DNA of 64,000 nucleotides from Owenia fusiformis. Its lineage: Eukaryota. The DNA is taken from positions 25,172,001-25,236,000 of the forward strand of contig CAIIXF020000001.1 in NCBI GenBank assembly GCA_903813345.2, in the 5' to 3' direction. Position numbers and translations under genes: made by a program. The notes beneath the pieces were generated by a model, which was not told the origin of the DNA, searched no databases, and was given only the letters and a program-made list of their open reading frames with translations. This document shows, one piece after another, positions 23,657-36,794 of this stretch; within the stretch, counting starts at the first letter, position 1, and each line of letters starts with the position of its first letter.

Positions 23657-24479
23657 TAATAGTACAATAACGTCATTTCGAAGGGCAATATAGTGAAATA
23701 TTGGACCCAATATTTCACTACATTGCCCTCAGAAATGACGATATTATTAGTATATTACCACCGTTAATGACCAGGACTGAAACAGCAAGAAAATCTTACG
23801 CACTGAACGATATATAATTTCCCGGGGAAAATTGCCGGTCGTTAAATGCATTCTCGACCGGTCTGGAATGCTATATTGACCGCCACTATGACGTCACTTA
23901 TTGCTCAGGTCGATATAGTAAAATGAATACCTTCTAAACTAGCACTAAAACCCATAGAACTGGCCCGGCAAGGTGGTAATACTAGTTTAGAAGGCGTTCA
24001 TTTTACTATATCGACCTGAGAAATGTGTGACGTCATAGTGGTGGTTCATATGGACCGGTCTAGAACAAGGAGGATTGGCTCCCAGAATGCAACACCGATA
24101 TTCTGCAAAACAATCACCTAGCGATAGCTTTGTTGGAGAGTATCGGGTCATTCTCCATGCAGTCGTACAAATTATACAGACACGAATAGCAAATGACGCA
24201 TGCGTGGAGATTAAAGAATATCGAGTTGGAACCCTGGCTTCCAATCCTCCTTGGGTCTAGAATATATTCTGGACCGGCAATTTTCCCCGGGAAATTAGAT
24301 ATCGTTCAATGCGTAAGATTTTCTCGCTGTTTCAGTCCTGGTCGTTAACGGTGGTAATAATACTAATAACGTCATTTTTGCGAGCAATATAGTGAAATAT
24401 TGGACCTTGGGCCTTCGGCCCGGCCCTCGGTCCAATATTTCACTATATTGCCCTTAGAAATGACGTTATTGTACTATTA
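23657..24479. mobile_element. Tail-to-tail inverted dimer of a ~330-bp hairpin-ended element
   Basis: Forward unit 23657-23985 fused at actagt (23981-23986) to a reverse unit; each carries a terminal hairpin; a monomer lies at 53512-53694. Confidence 0.75.
24066..24253 (+). mobile_element. MITE with 9-bp TSD (CAAGG family), copy 1
   Basis: TIR CAAGGAGGATTGG; TSD ggtctagaa at 24057-24065 and 24254-24262. Confidence 0.88.
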
Positions 24480-24726
24480 TTGTCGTTACTCCTTAGAGAT
24501 ATACCAAGGTAATGGAAAATATTAGTTATTCTACGAGTCACACTTTTAAAATTGTAGAATGTTCAGTTTGAAAAGTATATTATAAGAATCGTCTGACCAA
24601 ATAGTAACTGCTATGGGTTAAAGCTTCAGAAGGCTCCTCGATGAATGAGTTCATTTCGATCAGAAACGACGATTGAAAACTATATTAAGTATCTTGAATG
24701 ACATTAAAACGAGTTAAATTTTAGTT

Positions 24727-25803
24727 ACCCCCCTATCACACAAAACTAGTTCTTACCCTTTCTTGCCAGTCCTACGAAAACGTCGTAAAACGGGCTCAAT
24801 CTGGCTGTGGTCGGGAAATATGTCTAAAATAATTAGCTACTTCGTTCATAAACAGTCTTCAATACGTCCATCTCATTCGCAGTTCGTTCAGGTCGCACCA
24901 CGTCGAACGTCGTATAACGCGTCCCTTAGTCTAGAAGGTCATCATGACCTAATTACAGAAAGGTATGGTCGCCATCGAATATTGAATCGAATCAAAATTC
25001 TAAATCACATTCCCTGTCCGAGGAAATTCCATGAAGTTCGTAAACAGACCGTAGAACGTTGTAGCTACGTTCATTCAGTTCGCACACAGTTTAAAACCGA
25101 TTCGACAACGTTTTGACGAACGCAGTGACAACTGGTTCTGGTGTGATAGCTGTTTTTGTTAATTCGTTCATGAGCAGTTTTTAATACGTTCATCTCGTCT
25201 GCAGTACGTTGGTATCAAGTTTAGATAGGGTTAAATTGTGCGTTCGTCTCGTCTACACAACGTATCCAAGCAGTTCAATTACGTCCTTAATCAGTTTAAA
25301 CCAGTTGACAATTAGTTGTACCTTGTTCTCAATACGTCCTACTGAATTATCTAAGAACTTTATGAGAACCTACTGTGAATCTTTATAAACGGGAAGGACG
25401 TTATTCGGACGAGTTGGGTCTGTCTACAAACAGAATGAACGAGCTACAAACAGACTAGATTGGTGTACTCACGGCTGCAATTTTCGCCTGACTACACAAC
25501 GTCGTAATACGTCCCTAGTAGGATTGAAGTACGGCACTTCCGTTCTTAGTGTGTGCCCAGTGCGTCCAGGTCGTCTTAAGTACGTTGTCACTCGTTCTGA
25601 TTGCAGAACGTGACGATCACCAGAAAATTCTGAGCATGCTCTAAGTTCTGGAGGACCTTATACTCGTTCGAGTAGATTCATGAAGTTTGTAAAGAGATCC
25701 CAAACGGTTCTTAGTGGGTTCTTAGTACGTCAAATCCGTTCGTGCACAGTTTAAGGCCGTTTTCGAGAACGTAGTGAGAACTAGTTTGGTGTGACAGTAG
25801 GGT
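24727..25803 (-). mobile_element. Family A TIR element, copy 2 (long form, 1077 bp)
   Basis: Both TIRs present, reverse orientation, extra internal sequence relative to copy 1; no clear TA TSD. Confidence 0.85.
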
Positions 25804-27194
25804 TGGAAAGGTTATCTTCCAAAATTGAACCAAAATGAAGCACCTTTTACAACAGTAAAATACCTCAGATTTATACAATTGCCCTGCAGACAAAAAAAAC
25901 TGTGTTACCATTGCATTAATCGACCCGGTAATTGTAACAACTCAAAAGAACAATTCATTGGAATTTGTTACCCATTTGTTAATTAATTTCGATGGCATGA
26001 GAAAGATTGAAAGGTTGTATAAACACTAAAACCATTCGACTTAAAAGATGTACCATTGAGAGACAAGTCGACGATAATTGCCCAAAATGGATTATATATG
26101 TAGTTAGAGATAGTTTTGTGGATTTTACGTTTAGTGAAGCTTCTATAAAGGCAGTTTTATTAAGTAGGAATTTCCTTGGACATTTATGTGAAAACACAAA
26201 TTTCACAAACATGTCACGTATGAATGTTTTTGGATGCTTAAATCAATGTACCTGAGTTATCAATATATTCAGACATTTCATCGACCATTGAATATGCATT
26301 TTAATTCTGCAAGGATACCCCACGTACCTCATTGTTAAACACAATACGGTTGGTAAAAAACACGTTAGAACCAATTTCCCTTTGTCGGGATTAGTATTTA
26401 CCAAGATAGATATCTCTAGACGCAGAGTATATTGGTTTAATTGATTCCAATTGTGCGAGTCAATAAGTAATGATTCTTTGACAGTGAATGCTCATGTTTG
26501 TAAAGGTTAACACGTTCGTTTCTGGCATTTCTATGGTTACCATACTATTTTATTAGAAGACCATATCACAAACCATTATAGGTTTATGACATATTTCCAA
26601 ATTGTTCAAGATATAATTAACTATATTTGCTTGGATAAGCGAAAAACTTCCATAAACAAAAGCATAAAAAGTACTCAAAAGTATGATGAACCGGAATCGA
26701 TTGCGATAATGTAATAAAGAAATTCGGATCTTCAAGAAATTATTCTGAATATAGTGTAATCTATAATTACCTTCATATTTTCTGCAATTGATGATTAATA
26801 TTCATAGATCACCGATATAGTACGAAATACGTAAAGACGTATAGAGCTACGCAATAAATGATGACATAATCATAATTCTGTCGTCTTTTGAACTATTTGT
26901 TTGCAAACGTGTAGATTTTCTTCAACGCATGATACTGAAACGTTTGTGATAAAATTGTCAAGGAGATCTTGCCTACAACTCGTGAAATGATGAAAAAGAA
27001 AAATCGTACCTTCGAAGTTTCGACGTAACTAGTTTGAAAAGAGCAGTAACAGTGGGATTAAAACGTATAATGGTGTAAATAAAGCATAGCAGAAATATAT
27101 CCTCTTTGTATTTGTTATAAATAATCACCATTATTCCATAACAACATGTTTTCCCCACGAAAATAACAGGGAATAAAATTGGTATTCAAAAAAT

Positions 27195-27460
27195 TCCGTA
27201 TCAGATCCCGTATCAGTCAAAATCTCGTATCAGATTCAGATCCCGTATCAGAACTATCAGAAAATTTCATGAGACTAATATTGTGTTATTATGGTTTATT
27301 CCATAATACTACTGTTTTCTCTTGGAAATATGAAGGAATAAAGATCGCATTGAATCGTATTACATGAAAAAATCGTATTGTCCCCGTGAACAATCGTATT
27401 GGAGCGTATTACATGAAAAATCGTATTGTCCCCGGGAAAATCGTATTGGAGCGTATTAAC
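27195..27460 (+). repeat. Short tandem arrays (cgtatcaga and aatcgtatt motifs; ~49-bp unit x2)
   Basis: cgtattacatgaaaaaatcgtattgtccccg..gaa.aatcgtattggag occurs twice; probably the subterminal region of a transposon. Confidence 0.55.
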
Positions 27461-27507
27461 CTATTTTTGGTTTCCCGGTTATTTTAACCTTACATATTAA
27501 TTATTGA

Positions 27508-27703
27508 ATAAATAGGTTATTTCTGGTCGTTATTGAATATGGGTTTTATTCCCCGGAAATACGATGTTGATCTTGGGCAATATCATATTGACACTCGGTC
27601 GCTGCGCTCCCTCGGTCAATATCATATTACCCTTCGGCAAATATCATATTGTCCCTCGGAATAAAACCATTATTCAATCCCTCCCAGTAAATAACCTATA
27701 TAT
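27508..27703. mobile_element. CTCG-core hairpin element
   Basis: ataggttattt...aaataacctat around core attgacactcggtcgctgcgctccctcggtcaat. Confidence 0.55.
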
Positions 27704-27818
27704 AAATCAATATTAGTATTATAAATCATTTCTATTTTCAAAAGTTGAAAATGTCATTCGATAAATTAGATTCATTGGGTGACGACAGACAAAGCAAGTT
27801 TCAGAAAAATATTATGGA

Positions 27819-27989
27819 ATAAATAGGTTATTGATGGTCGTGATGAAATATGAATTTTTCCTCGAGAGAATAGGACATTGACTAGCGGCTGTCGCCCTCG
27901 GTCAATATGATATTTTCCTTGGTCAATATCATATTTCCCTCGAAATAAAATTCATATTCCATCTCCCCAATTAAATTACCTTTATTTAT
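27819..27989. mobile_element. CTCG-core hairpin element related to 27508-27703
   Basis: Same start ataaataggttatt; core attgactagcggctgtcgccctcggtcaat. Confidence 0.5.
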
Positions 27990-29127
27990 CGGGATATGCG
28001 CACACTTCGGGAAGTAGCATTCGGGGCTAATACGTGCAGTGGAAATATGACGTAGAAGAAAGGGTATAAGCAGAACATATCACTGAATAACAACATGAAA
28101 TTGGAATACTTCTTTGTTAAAATAAAGAGGAAATATCAACAACGTTTAGAATTTAATAATATTATGAAAACATAAATCCACTCTGAAACCTTTTATTGAT
28201 ATCGGTATTGATTAGTTTGATTGTTGTTGGAGTTTAGCGTAATGAGAGAGAAATGCCTAACTTGAAAAGAGTATACAATAGGGAATTGACAATGTTTTGA
28301 ACGATTAAATGCCCTAGCGGTATTGACCAACTCAACATTTCTTAAGCTGTTCAAAAACACTTTGAATCTCATAAATGCAGTGCTATTTTTACAGATTAAA
28401 GACATGCTAAATAGTACTGATCTGTTATTCTTGATTGGCAACACCAAAGAAAAATCCAGTGTCAGTACATGCAGAACATATGCCAATAGGTCAAACACAG
28501 GAATCGCATAACCTTTAACCTTAATTACTTATAAACGTTGAGGTGGTGGTTTATTAAAGCTTTCAAACAAACCGCCAACCTGAGTAAAACACCAGAGGGG
28601 TTATAATTCAAGTTGGAGGTGAAGAAAATTGATATATACGAGGAAATGGATAACCAGATAATCGAAATAAAACAATTAGGAGAAGTTTCATCGCATTGAT
28701 AAATGTTCGACTCCCGATCATTTGTTAACTGCACCGTCAGTCGAGTAAACAACTCAAGGATGCCATTGTCCACGCACTTCAGCTCCTGGGATCAAATGGC
28801 AAATTAAAACAATGCAGGTGATTAAAAGTCGATGAAAAGTAAGGCATCTTTGATGATATATCTATATATAGGACTTACGTATGATGATATGTTTATTTGG
28901 TGCAGAAATGTGAGATCTAGCTGTTGCAAAATTTGTTTATGAGAGGTAAACAAAATGTTCAAGCTTTTTGTTAAGAATACTAAGGCCTGCAGCGAGTAAA
29001 CGTAATTTAATACAGTCGCCTCTACGATACTACAAAACGTACATGTAAGAGGATACATACAACTATACTTTATGACATTGAAAATAGTTGAGTTGTTACA
29101 GAACAAAATTAAAGAATCAAAACTAGC

Positions 29128-32100
29128 ATGTCATATAATGTGAGAAATAAATTAGCAACGGACGCTAAACATCATCAACAGGATATCGTTATTAGTTCAG
29201 CAATGCTATCAGACATGAATCTTATCTCCCCTGCTCCATCGAGAGGCAGGGGCAGCACCGGAGACATGTTTCCGCATAATCAACAACATCGGACTAGAGG
29301 TTCACAAGCTTATGAACGTTCAAGTGATACCGACACTTCAAACGCGTATGGGCACAACGTTCCACTTCCAAGAAGGAGACCAAACAGAAAGAGGTACAAG
29401 CTAAAATCGGATAATGAGACGGAACGCATTGAACCATCATTTGAATCACCTGAATACAATCATAGTAACTCTAAACTAGGTAAAATGAAAGGAATTCATG
29501 ACAACGAGAAACGCAAACATACTGGCAGCTCCAGTGGAGAAACTGTATCCCTACCAATGTTTGACGCATTGTCAGTTGTAACTCAGCCCTATATTGACAA
29601 GGTGTTAAAATGGGATGACAATCCTAAAAATGCTGAATCGCAAATGGATAAATTTCTCCCAGCATCAAGTGCAATGAAAAGTCTAAACTGTTACAACTTT
29701 GATTACGGCCTATACAAAAATTCAAAACATAAAAAAGTAAAGGGCGAAGAGGATGAGATTTCAATTCCAAAAGCTTCTACTGAAGATTTCGCAGATTTCG
29801 ACAATGGACCTAGTATACATTCGAAATATTTCCCAAAACGACGATCCAACAACAGATTGATGAAGGCGAATAAAGGGTGGGTTACTTTGTCTGTCCATGA
29901 TAATCATTTGTTGTTGATATTGCTTTGTTGACTTTTTGAAAAGAATGATCCCACGATTCTTTTTGAAACTAAGAAAAATGACCGATGCGTGTTTATATGA
30001 TAAGAGACGCTCCCAATAAATTGCACCAAAGCATCATACATAAATTTCACATATTGATAATTATGATTATTATCTTTTATTGATTACTACATATTTCTTC
30101 ATAGTTGGCATTCTAGGTATGGTCTCTATTTGAATGCAGAAATTTTAACTTCTCAATTTTAATGACTTTCAAGCTTCAAAACAAGATTGTCCAAAGATTT
30201 ATTACGAAAATGGATTTAATCTTGAAAACATAGGATTATGTTGTTATACCATGGGCAGTTACAATCGCAGCAGCTGACTACAATATAATACAATTTGTAC
30301 ATTGACTACAATATAATATATACAATATATCCCTAGCCACTGCGCCCTAGCTTTATGTTACAATTGGCACTAAAAATCTGAACAGTGATCCAAAAATCTC
30401 CGATATTATGGTTAGTAATGATATTGTAAAGTACATGCACCTTTGATTGTTAAAAATCGAAATTTGCTTATTAGTATCATCATTTTTTCGGATGGCCTTT
30501 GTGAAGGGACGATATTTTCATTCAACTTTGTTTTATCTAGCACATACAACACACGAGGATAACAAAAATAGAACTAGCAATATGTCACAGAATTCTTTGA
30601 CGTTTGGATTTACATCATGGTTTCTTGAGAAACTATTACACGTCACGTTTCGACTTCTTGAGACATGCCAATTTCTTATGTTTCATTGGTGAAAATTATT
30701 TGATATTGGTTTTATCAATGCTATGGCTTTTGGATATGTGTTCACGGCGTTGTTTCCTTGGCTATGCAAATGTTATAATGATGTTGAATCTCATAACATG
30801 TTCTCGTATATCGGTGTAAAAGAGAATATTATCCTAAGGGATAATAAGTATTATCCCGGGGATAAGTTGAATTAAAAGTATTATCCCGGCCAAGTCCTTA
30901 TTTGTATTAATAATTGGACCCAACTGTGTCTGAATAATTAGTCGAATTAGGTCACATTATAATGTACATTAAATATCGGAATATGTTATTCAAGAAAATG
31001 TTATCCCCAGGGATAATTGTCTCAACCTCGTCTAAACTTTTGTATAACTGCATGTAGGGACAACAATTTATAGCTAGCTATAAGACCTTCAGGAAAGGTG
31101 TATAAAGTTATAAATACTTCCTAGTTACTATAATGCATCAACACACTATGGACCTTTGCTTAAGATCCACCTTTGCAAGTGTTACAGGGGGTAGGGGCGG
31201 TTCTCAGGGGGTGTGATCGTGGCGTAAGCAACCCCAAAAAGATTAAGATTTGTTTTGAATTTTACAAAAATTAATGTAACTTCCTTCAAAATTGAGCTAG
31301 AAGCTTCAAATAAAAAGCGTTATAAAGCCATATTCTTCGAATTCATCTATCTAATGGTTATATGGACATCGATTGGAGGGGGGGGGGGGGGGCTGTGATC
31401 GCACCATCGCTTCATTGTCCAATTCAATATTGTTGCTTGAAAAGAAAGGGTCAACTTTTATCGTATTCTTACTGACTCAGATTAAGTGTCTGTCCACCCC
31501 AGTGAGGGAATCGAACCCACAACAGTTCAGCATACGACCGATAGCCCTACTCGTCGCCAATATAGTACTAGGCCTAAGAAGTACAAAATGTCAGGACGAA
31601 GTTGCACTTTACGACATTATACCGATTATGTAAATACAATTAAGAATCTTACATCACAATCGAAGATCAATCGCTTTGCGTAATTCGTATTGCTAACTCC
31701 ATGGATTTAATGAATTAAGTGGCGTGAACTATTATTCATTGTTATAATTTAATAATTCTAAACAATGGTAAACACAAATTGATATGTATATATAAACAGT
31801 TGGTTATTTGGTAGTTTTATGTTTATTGAATTTGGCCCGAATTGCAATTATATCCATGATGTACGATGTGTACATATGTATATATCGATATCAGTTTTAT
31901 TCCACCGGCGGATCTGGGTTGGGGGAACCAAGGTTCTTTTATTTTGGGTTTTGTTTTCAAAATAAGGGCCCAATTTTCTTTTTTTTAATGGGAGAAGGAA
32001 TTTTCAAAATGGAAAATCTCTCCTGCAATTTTAGGTCCCTCCATTCAGTGAATATATGTCGTATCTTATTTTAAACTTGCATGTGCGTTTCGTATTTTGT

Positions 32101-35100
32101 TTGTTTGTAAATTAAGAACTTTAGCTGCTTTAAAAATCGACAGGGTGTTTCGACACCAGACAAAATCACAGAACCCAGCATACCGTTCATAACACATAAA
32201 TTCTGGATTTAATGGAACATAGTTGGTCGATCGTAGAAGATAATCGTTTTATGATTTAAGGATCGAATCAATTTGGATCGACTATTTAAGAACAGCAGTT
32301 AAAACCATAACAAAGAATCCTATTTTTGTACAAGATATTGCTAAGAGGGAAAGCATGCATGATTGCTAATTAGCGAAATATTTATAGGTATACATGAAAC
32401 TGAATTGCTGATTGAGGTTGGGACTGGGCTATTTACTGAAAATGTATAAAAGAAACGTTGATTAAAAATAGAGAGCCCGAATATGGTACAATGTATTCCT
32501 TTATTCATTTCAAAAGCTATTAGCAACAATTTATTCTTCCAAATAGATGTCACAGTAACTAATAAACGAAAGCTCACAGTTAAAGTCCACAATGATCAAT
32601 CATGCAAATATTTGGTCTTTGAATCCAAAATTGCACGAGTTCTCATTCGATTAATCATTGACATATTATTTCTCCATCCTAGATTATATATAGGGTGGCT
32701 CAAAAATCCAATGCCCAAGTTTAAAGATGAATGTAGATTGATATACTGTATGTCAAATCATGCCATATATTAAATACCTTTTTAAAGATATAACATTTCC
32801 TAATAAAATGACACCATCCGATTGAAAACCCGTTGTTTTCTTGTGGAGTTAAAACGCTAAAATTGATACCAGATAGAGTGTCATGAGCAACCAATAAAAT
32901 ATTCACTGCGGATTTCCAAATTATGGAAAATGGAGGGACATTTGAACTTTGGCTTCTTCAAAAGAGGTACATTTATACAAGTTTAGTGCAAAATTCACCT
33001 ACAATTTTCACTTACACATTTTTAATTAAATGTCAATTGTGTATTGCTTTTAAATGAATTTATAATGATTCAGTCAAGCATATTATGTCCAGCTGTGACT
33101 GCAGTATAAGGTATATGAGTACCGTAATCGAACACCAAATTCGAAAATTCAGAACAATACGGCACATATGGCGTTCGTGATCAACTATAAAACGCCTACC
33201 CCCATAGTGTCATATATCAAAATGTACCTGTTCGTATAGGGGTTCGATTTATCTACATTAAATTATAGGGAGTCAGGTTACTTTTTGAGATATCAGCGTC
33301 CATTTATTGTAACTCGCGTTTGCTACCATTTCCTCAATTCTGAGATGACGGGCGCGTAGTAAACATGCTCACGTCGGAACTATTTTGACATACATCGCTA
33401 TTATCGTAATTCAAATGAAAGTTGAACTCCTCCTCTTTATTTTGATACCAAATAGTGACATACTAGGTACACTAGAAGCCAACTATGGCGTTATTTAGAA
33501 CAAAACCACAGGTTTTTAAATGGACTATATACCTTTTGGCGGATGGATATGGAACCTCATACCATAAAGGGAAATTCATGACACCCCTGGTGTCAATTTT
33601 AGCGTCTACAAGAAAACAAAGTTTTTCATTCAGGTGGTGTCATACTGTTAGGAAATGATTTATCTTTAAAATGATATATATAATACATGGTATGGTTTAA
33701 AGATGTTCATATGAATCAATTATCTTTGAATTTATGTATTGTTTTTTTGGCCCAACATGTATATTCTCCTGACAATAACATTAGTTTGTTAACATAGACA
33801 GTTCGGCCTTAGGCTACCTATCCGATAGCTCATCTGATATCAAGTTCTCTGTGCTTGAGGCCAACAACTGACTGTTCTTGTGATATCACCTTGTTCTCAT
33901 TACGTCCCAATATATTATTGCTGAATTATTCACCCAATTTCTAGACAGTTCAACTAGTTCTCAAAATTTTTCATAGTAGAATTGAGGTACGACAGGTCCG
34001 TTCGTAGTACATCCATCTCGTCTTAACATTACGCTGTTTTGTCACTCGTTCTGATTGCGACTTGTTCTGAAGTTCTGGAGGGCATACCCTTTGAGTACGT
34101 TCATGAAAAGACTAGCCTCGGATTGGAGAACGAAGTTCATCAATCTACTGCACGTTACGCCTGCTTCGGACAATTGTGATATTTTTACATATTGTAGATT
34201 TAAATGTTCTCTTTTGAATATCCATAATTTATAAATTGGGTGTCAGGACAATTGTGATATTTTTACATATTGTAGATTTAAATGTTCTCTTTTGAATATC
34301 CATAATTTATAAATTGGGTGTCAATTCCATATTTTTCATAAAAAATTATTAGCGCAGTACACTGATGAACCTCGTTCTCCAAAACGAGACGTGTCTTTCA
34401 TTGAATCGGTCTACTGCACGTTACGCCTGCTTCGGACAATTTTGATATTACATATTGTAGATTTAAATGTGCTCTTTTGAATATATTCATAATTTAGTTT
34501 GGGTGTTATTTCTATATTTTTAATAAAAAAATTATTCGCCTAGAAGACTGTTGTCCCAACCCGTTAAGCCCGTTATCGAGAACGTAGTGAGAACTAGTTT
34601 GGTGTGATAGTAGGGTTCACACCAAACTAGTTCTCACTACGTTCTCGAAAACTGGCTTAAACTGTGCACGAACGGATTTGACGTACTAAGAACCAACTAA
34701 GAACCGTTTGGGATCTGTTTATAAACCTCATGAAACTACTAGAACGAGAAGGTCCTCCACACCTTAGACCATGCTAAATAATTTCTGGTGATCGTCAAAA
34801 CGTTGCCGAATCGGTTTTAAACTGTGAGCGAACTGAATGAACGTAGCTACAACGGTCTACGGTCTGTTTACGAACTTCATGGACTTTCCCGGACGGGGAA
34901 TGTGATTTAGAATTTTGAATCGATTCAAAATTCGATGGCGATCATACCGTTCTGTAATCAGGTCATGATGACCTTCTAGACTAAGGGACGCGTTATACGA
35001 CGTTGCACACCGACCTGGTGCGACCTGAACGCACTGCGAATGAGATGGACGTATTGAAGACTGTTTATGAACGAAGTAGCTAATTATTTTAGACATACTT

Positions 35101-35665
35101 TTATTTCCCGACGACAGCCAGATTGAGCCCGTTTTACGACGTTTTCGTAGGACTGGCAAGAACGGGGAAGAACTAGTTTGGTGTGATAGGGGGGTTAGGA
35201 AATGATTTATTCCCGGTTGGGTTTTATAATGATTCTTTTTATTTCAGTTCTTCTAAAGATGGCACTAGTGATGCAGATTTTGCATATAGAGGCAAAGCCA
35301 ATACAAAACAGTTACACGGGGCAAACAGTTTGCCCCTTCTCGCTTATCATCCAGAAAAATCAGATTTTCTGCCGTCGGTAAAGCCATGCTCCATGCACAG
35401 TAAGGATACACTAACTGATAGGGACTTTTTATTATGGCGGAGTACTCATCACGGAGGATCAAGTCACAGAAGTGAAAATTTAATGGCAACTACACCTCGA
35501 CCTCACAGAGAGAATGATGCCTCTCCTTACCCTGAACCAACAAGACCCATCAACGAGGTGATGAATGATGGTTTGAAACTAAATGGAAAAATACGATTTG
35601 CTCCTAAATTACCAAGTGCTAAATTGGTTGGCCAACGATTAGTTCAAAATTGGCTGAAAAGTTAG
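29128..35665 (+). CDS. Uncharacterised two-exon protein (~388 aa), exons 29128-29876 and 35248-35665
   Basis: Two long ORFs in AT-rich DNA with similar S/D/K/R/P-rich composition; phase-2 join GG|gtgggt ... tttttatttcag|T keeps frame (NKG-SSKD); AATAAA at 35703-35708; no domain recognised. Confidence 0.7.
31488..31552 (-). mobile_element. Possible tRNA-derived SINE fragment
   Basis: Minus-strand B-box gggttcgattccc followed by cactggggtggacagac; no full cloverleaf. Confidence 0.35.
32691..33759. mobile_element. Diverged Tc1/mariner-type MITE (~1.07 kb)
   Basis: TA-flanked (C/T)AGGGTGG-like ends; ~200-bp imperfect inverted arms (acgctaaaattgataccag / ctggtgtcaattttagcgt; atttcctaa / ttaggaaat). 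Confidence 0.65.
33941..34616 (-). mobile_element. Partial, older family A copy interrupted by another repeat
   Basis: Reverse-orientation left module ending ...gtttggtgtgatagtagggt; foreign insert ~34108-34550. Confidence 0.65.
34168..34323 (+). repeat. Exact 78-bp tandem duplication, with a third diverged copy at ~34410-34510
   Basis: ggacaattgtgatatt...aaattgggtgtca at 34168-34245 and 34246-34323. Confidence 0.85.
34617..35195 (+). mobile_element. Family A TIR element, copy 3 (internally deleted)
   Basis: Left TIR lacks its first bases; right TIR intact, followed by TA; deletion junction at tcgtca (34792-34797). Confidence 0.85.
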
Positions 35666-36794
35666 CAAGTTCGGTAATTATAGTATACAAGTATTATGAA
35701 CGAATAAATATAGAATTGTGAAAAAATCTAATTTGTCCATCATCTTGCAAGAAACCCTTGATATCGCCAATTATAAAAGTCCATGCTATAAAAGAAAGAT
35801 AACATATAGAAATAATGTCAAATGCCGAGCCACCGCAATGTTGTCAAGGAATTCATTGGAACCCCTTAGTACGAGGTACACAATTTATGTACGGCCGGCC
35901 GGAAGTAGCAACATTGTCAGACGGTCCTCGGGGTCTCTCTGGAAAATAAAATGATATGTCCATAGTGTAAGATTCGCGATATTGAAACTATCCTGAATCC
36001 AATATGATATATTTGCTCTTGCGAAAACGCATCTTCAGTACCCTCATAGAACATACATGTACATGGTCTCATCATGCCATCTAAAGTTTCTTTTGCTTTT
36101 ATAAGCTTTTAATGATGCTCCTTGCAAATGGAAATAAACGTGTATCACATTAGCGAATAAATTCTAATCTTCGTGAAGATCCTTTTTGCAAAATGTACAC
36201 CAGGGATCCTTTCCTCTCTTTCATAAATTTTCACGACGTAAACATCGAACGACATCTTTTTATTTTCTGACGTTGAAGTAAACCAAACTTCATTTGCTTT
36301 TGTTGTGCCATTGGATACATGAATAGATGGCGTTTAATAAAATACGCTAAATTAAGGGACTTACAGACCTAATCTAAGTTCTTTACAATAAGTTGATCAT
36401 CGGGAACTTAGTTTCCAGATAAAAAATCAAAATATATATATTGTCTCTTTTTCGAATTATGTTAAGAATTCGGATTTGCAATCAAAATTCAAATGATATT
36501 TATTTATTTACAATACTTTCTATAATTTATTATACATTATACACTTCATTATACTTCACTCTATATGAAACGTTTAAGATTTAGTGCAATTGATTACCAA
36601 TATAAATTCCATAATTTAAAATTGGCATTTGAGTGAAAACATGTACGACGTAAACATCGAATGACATCTTTTTTTATTTCTGTTGTTGAAGTAAACCAAA
36701 CTTCATTTGCTTTTGATGTGCCATTGGATACACAGATGGCGTTTAGAATACGTTAATTAAGGGACTTGCAGACCTAATCTAAGTTCTTTGAATA

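Noticed and set aside
24763..25116. Recurrent ORFs (MPVLRKRRKTGSIWL..., LSHQTSSHYVLENG...) at 1193, 24763, 25711, 34857, 62923, 63497
   Set aside because: All lie in family A transposon copies, several start at non-ATG codons, and they differ by frameshifts; not a gene family
28193..29106. Cluster of 60-100 aa ORFs upstream of the orphan gene
   Set aside because: No motifs, non-coding-like composition, no consistent exon structure
2492..31392. Poly-G/C tracts (2492, 6675, 21008, 31373) as functional G-quadruplexes
   Set aside because: Short homopolymers, mostly at repeat margins; nothing indicates function
31488..31552. tRNA gene
   Set aside because: Only a B-box/T-arm-like piece; no acceptor stem or D-arm
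35183..35247. N-terminus of the 160-aa ORF as a standalone gene
   Set aside because: The GTG start is inside a transposon TIR; the segment is better explained as intron ending at tttcag (35247)
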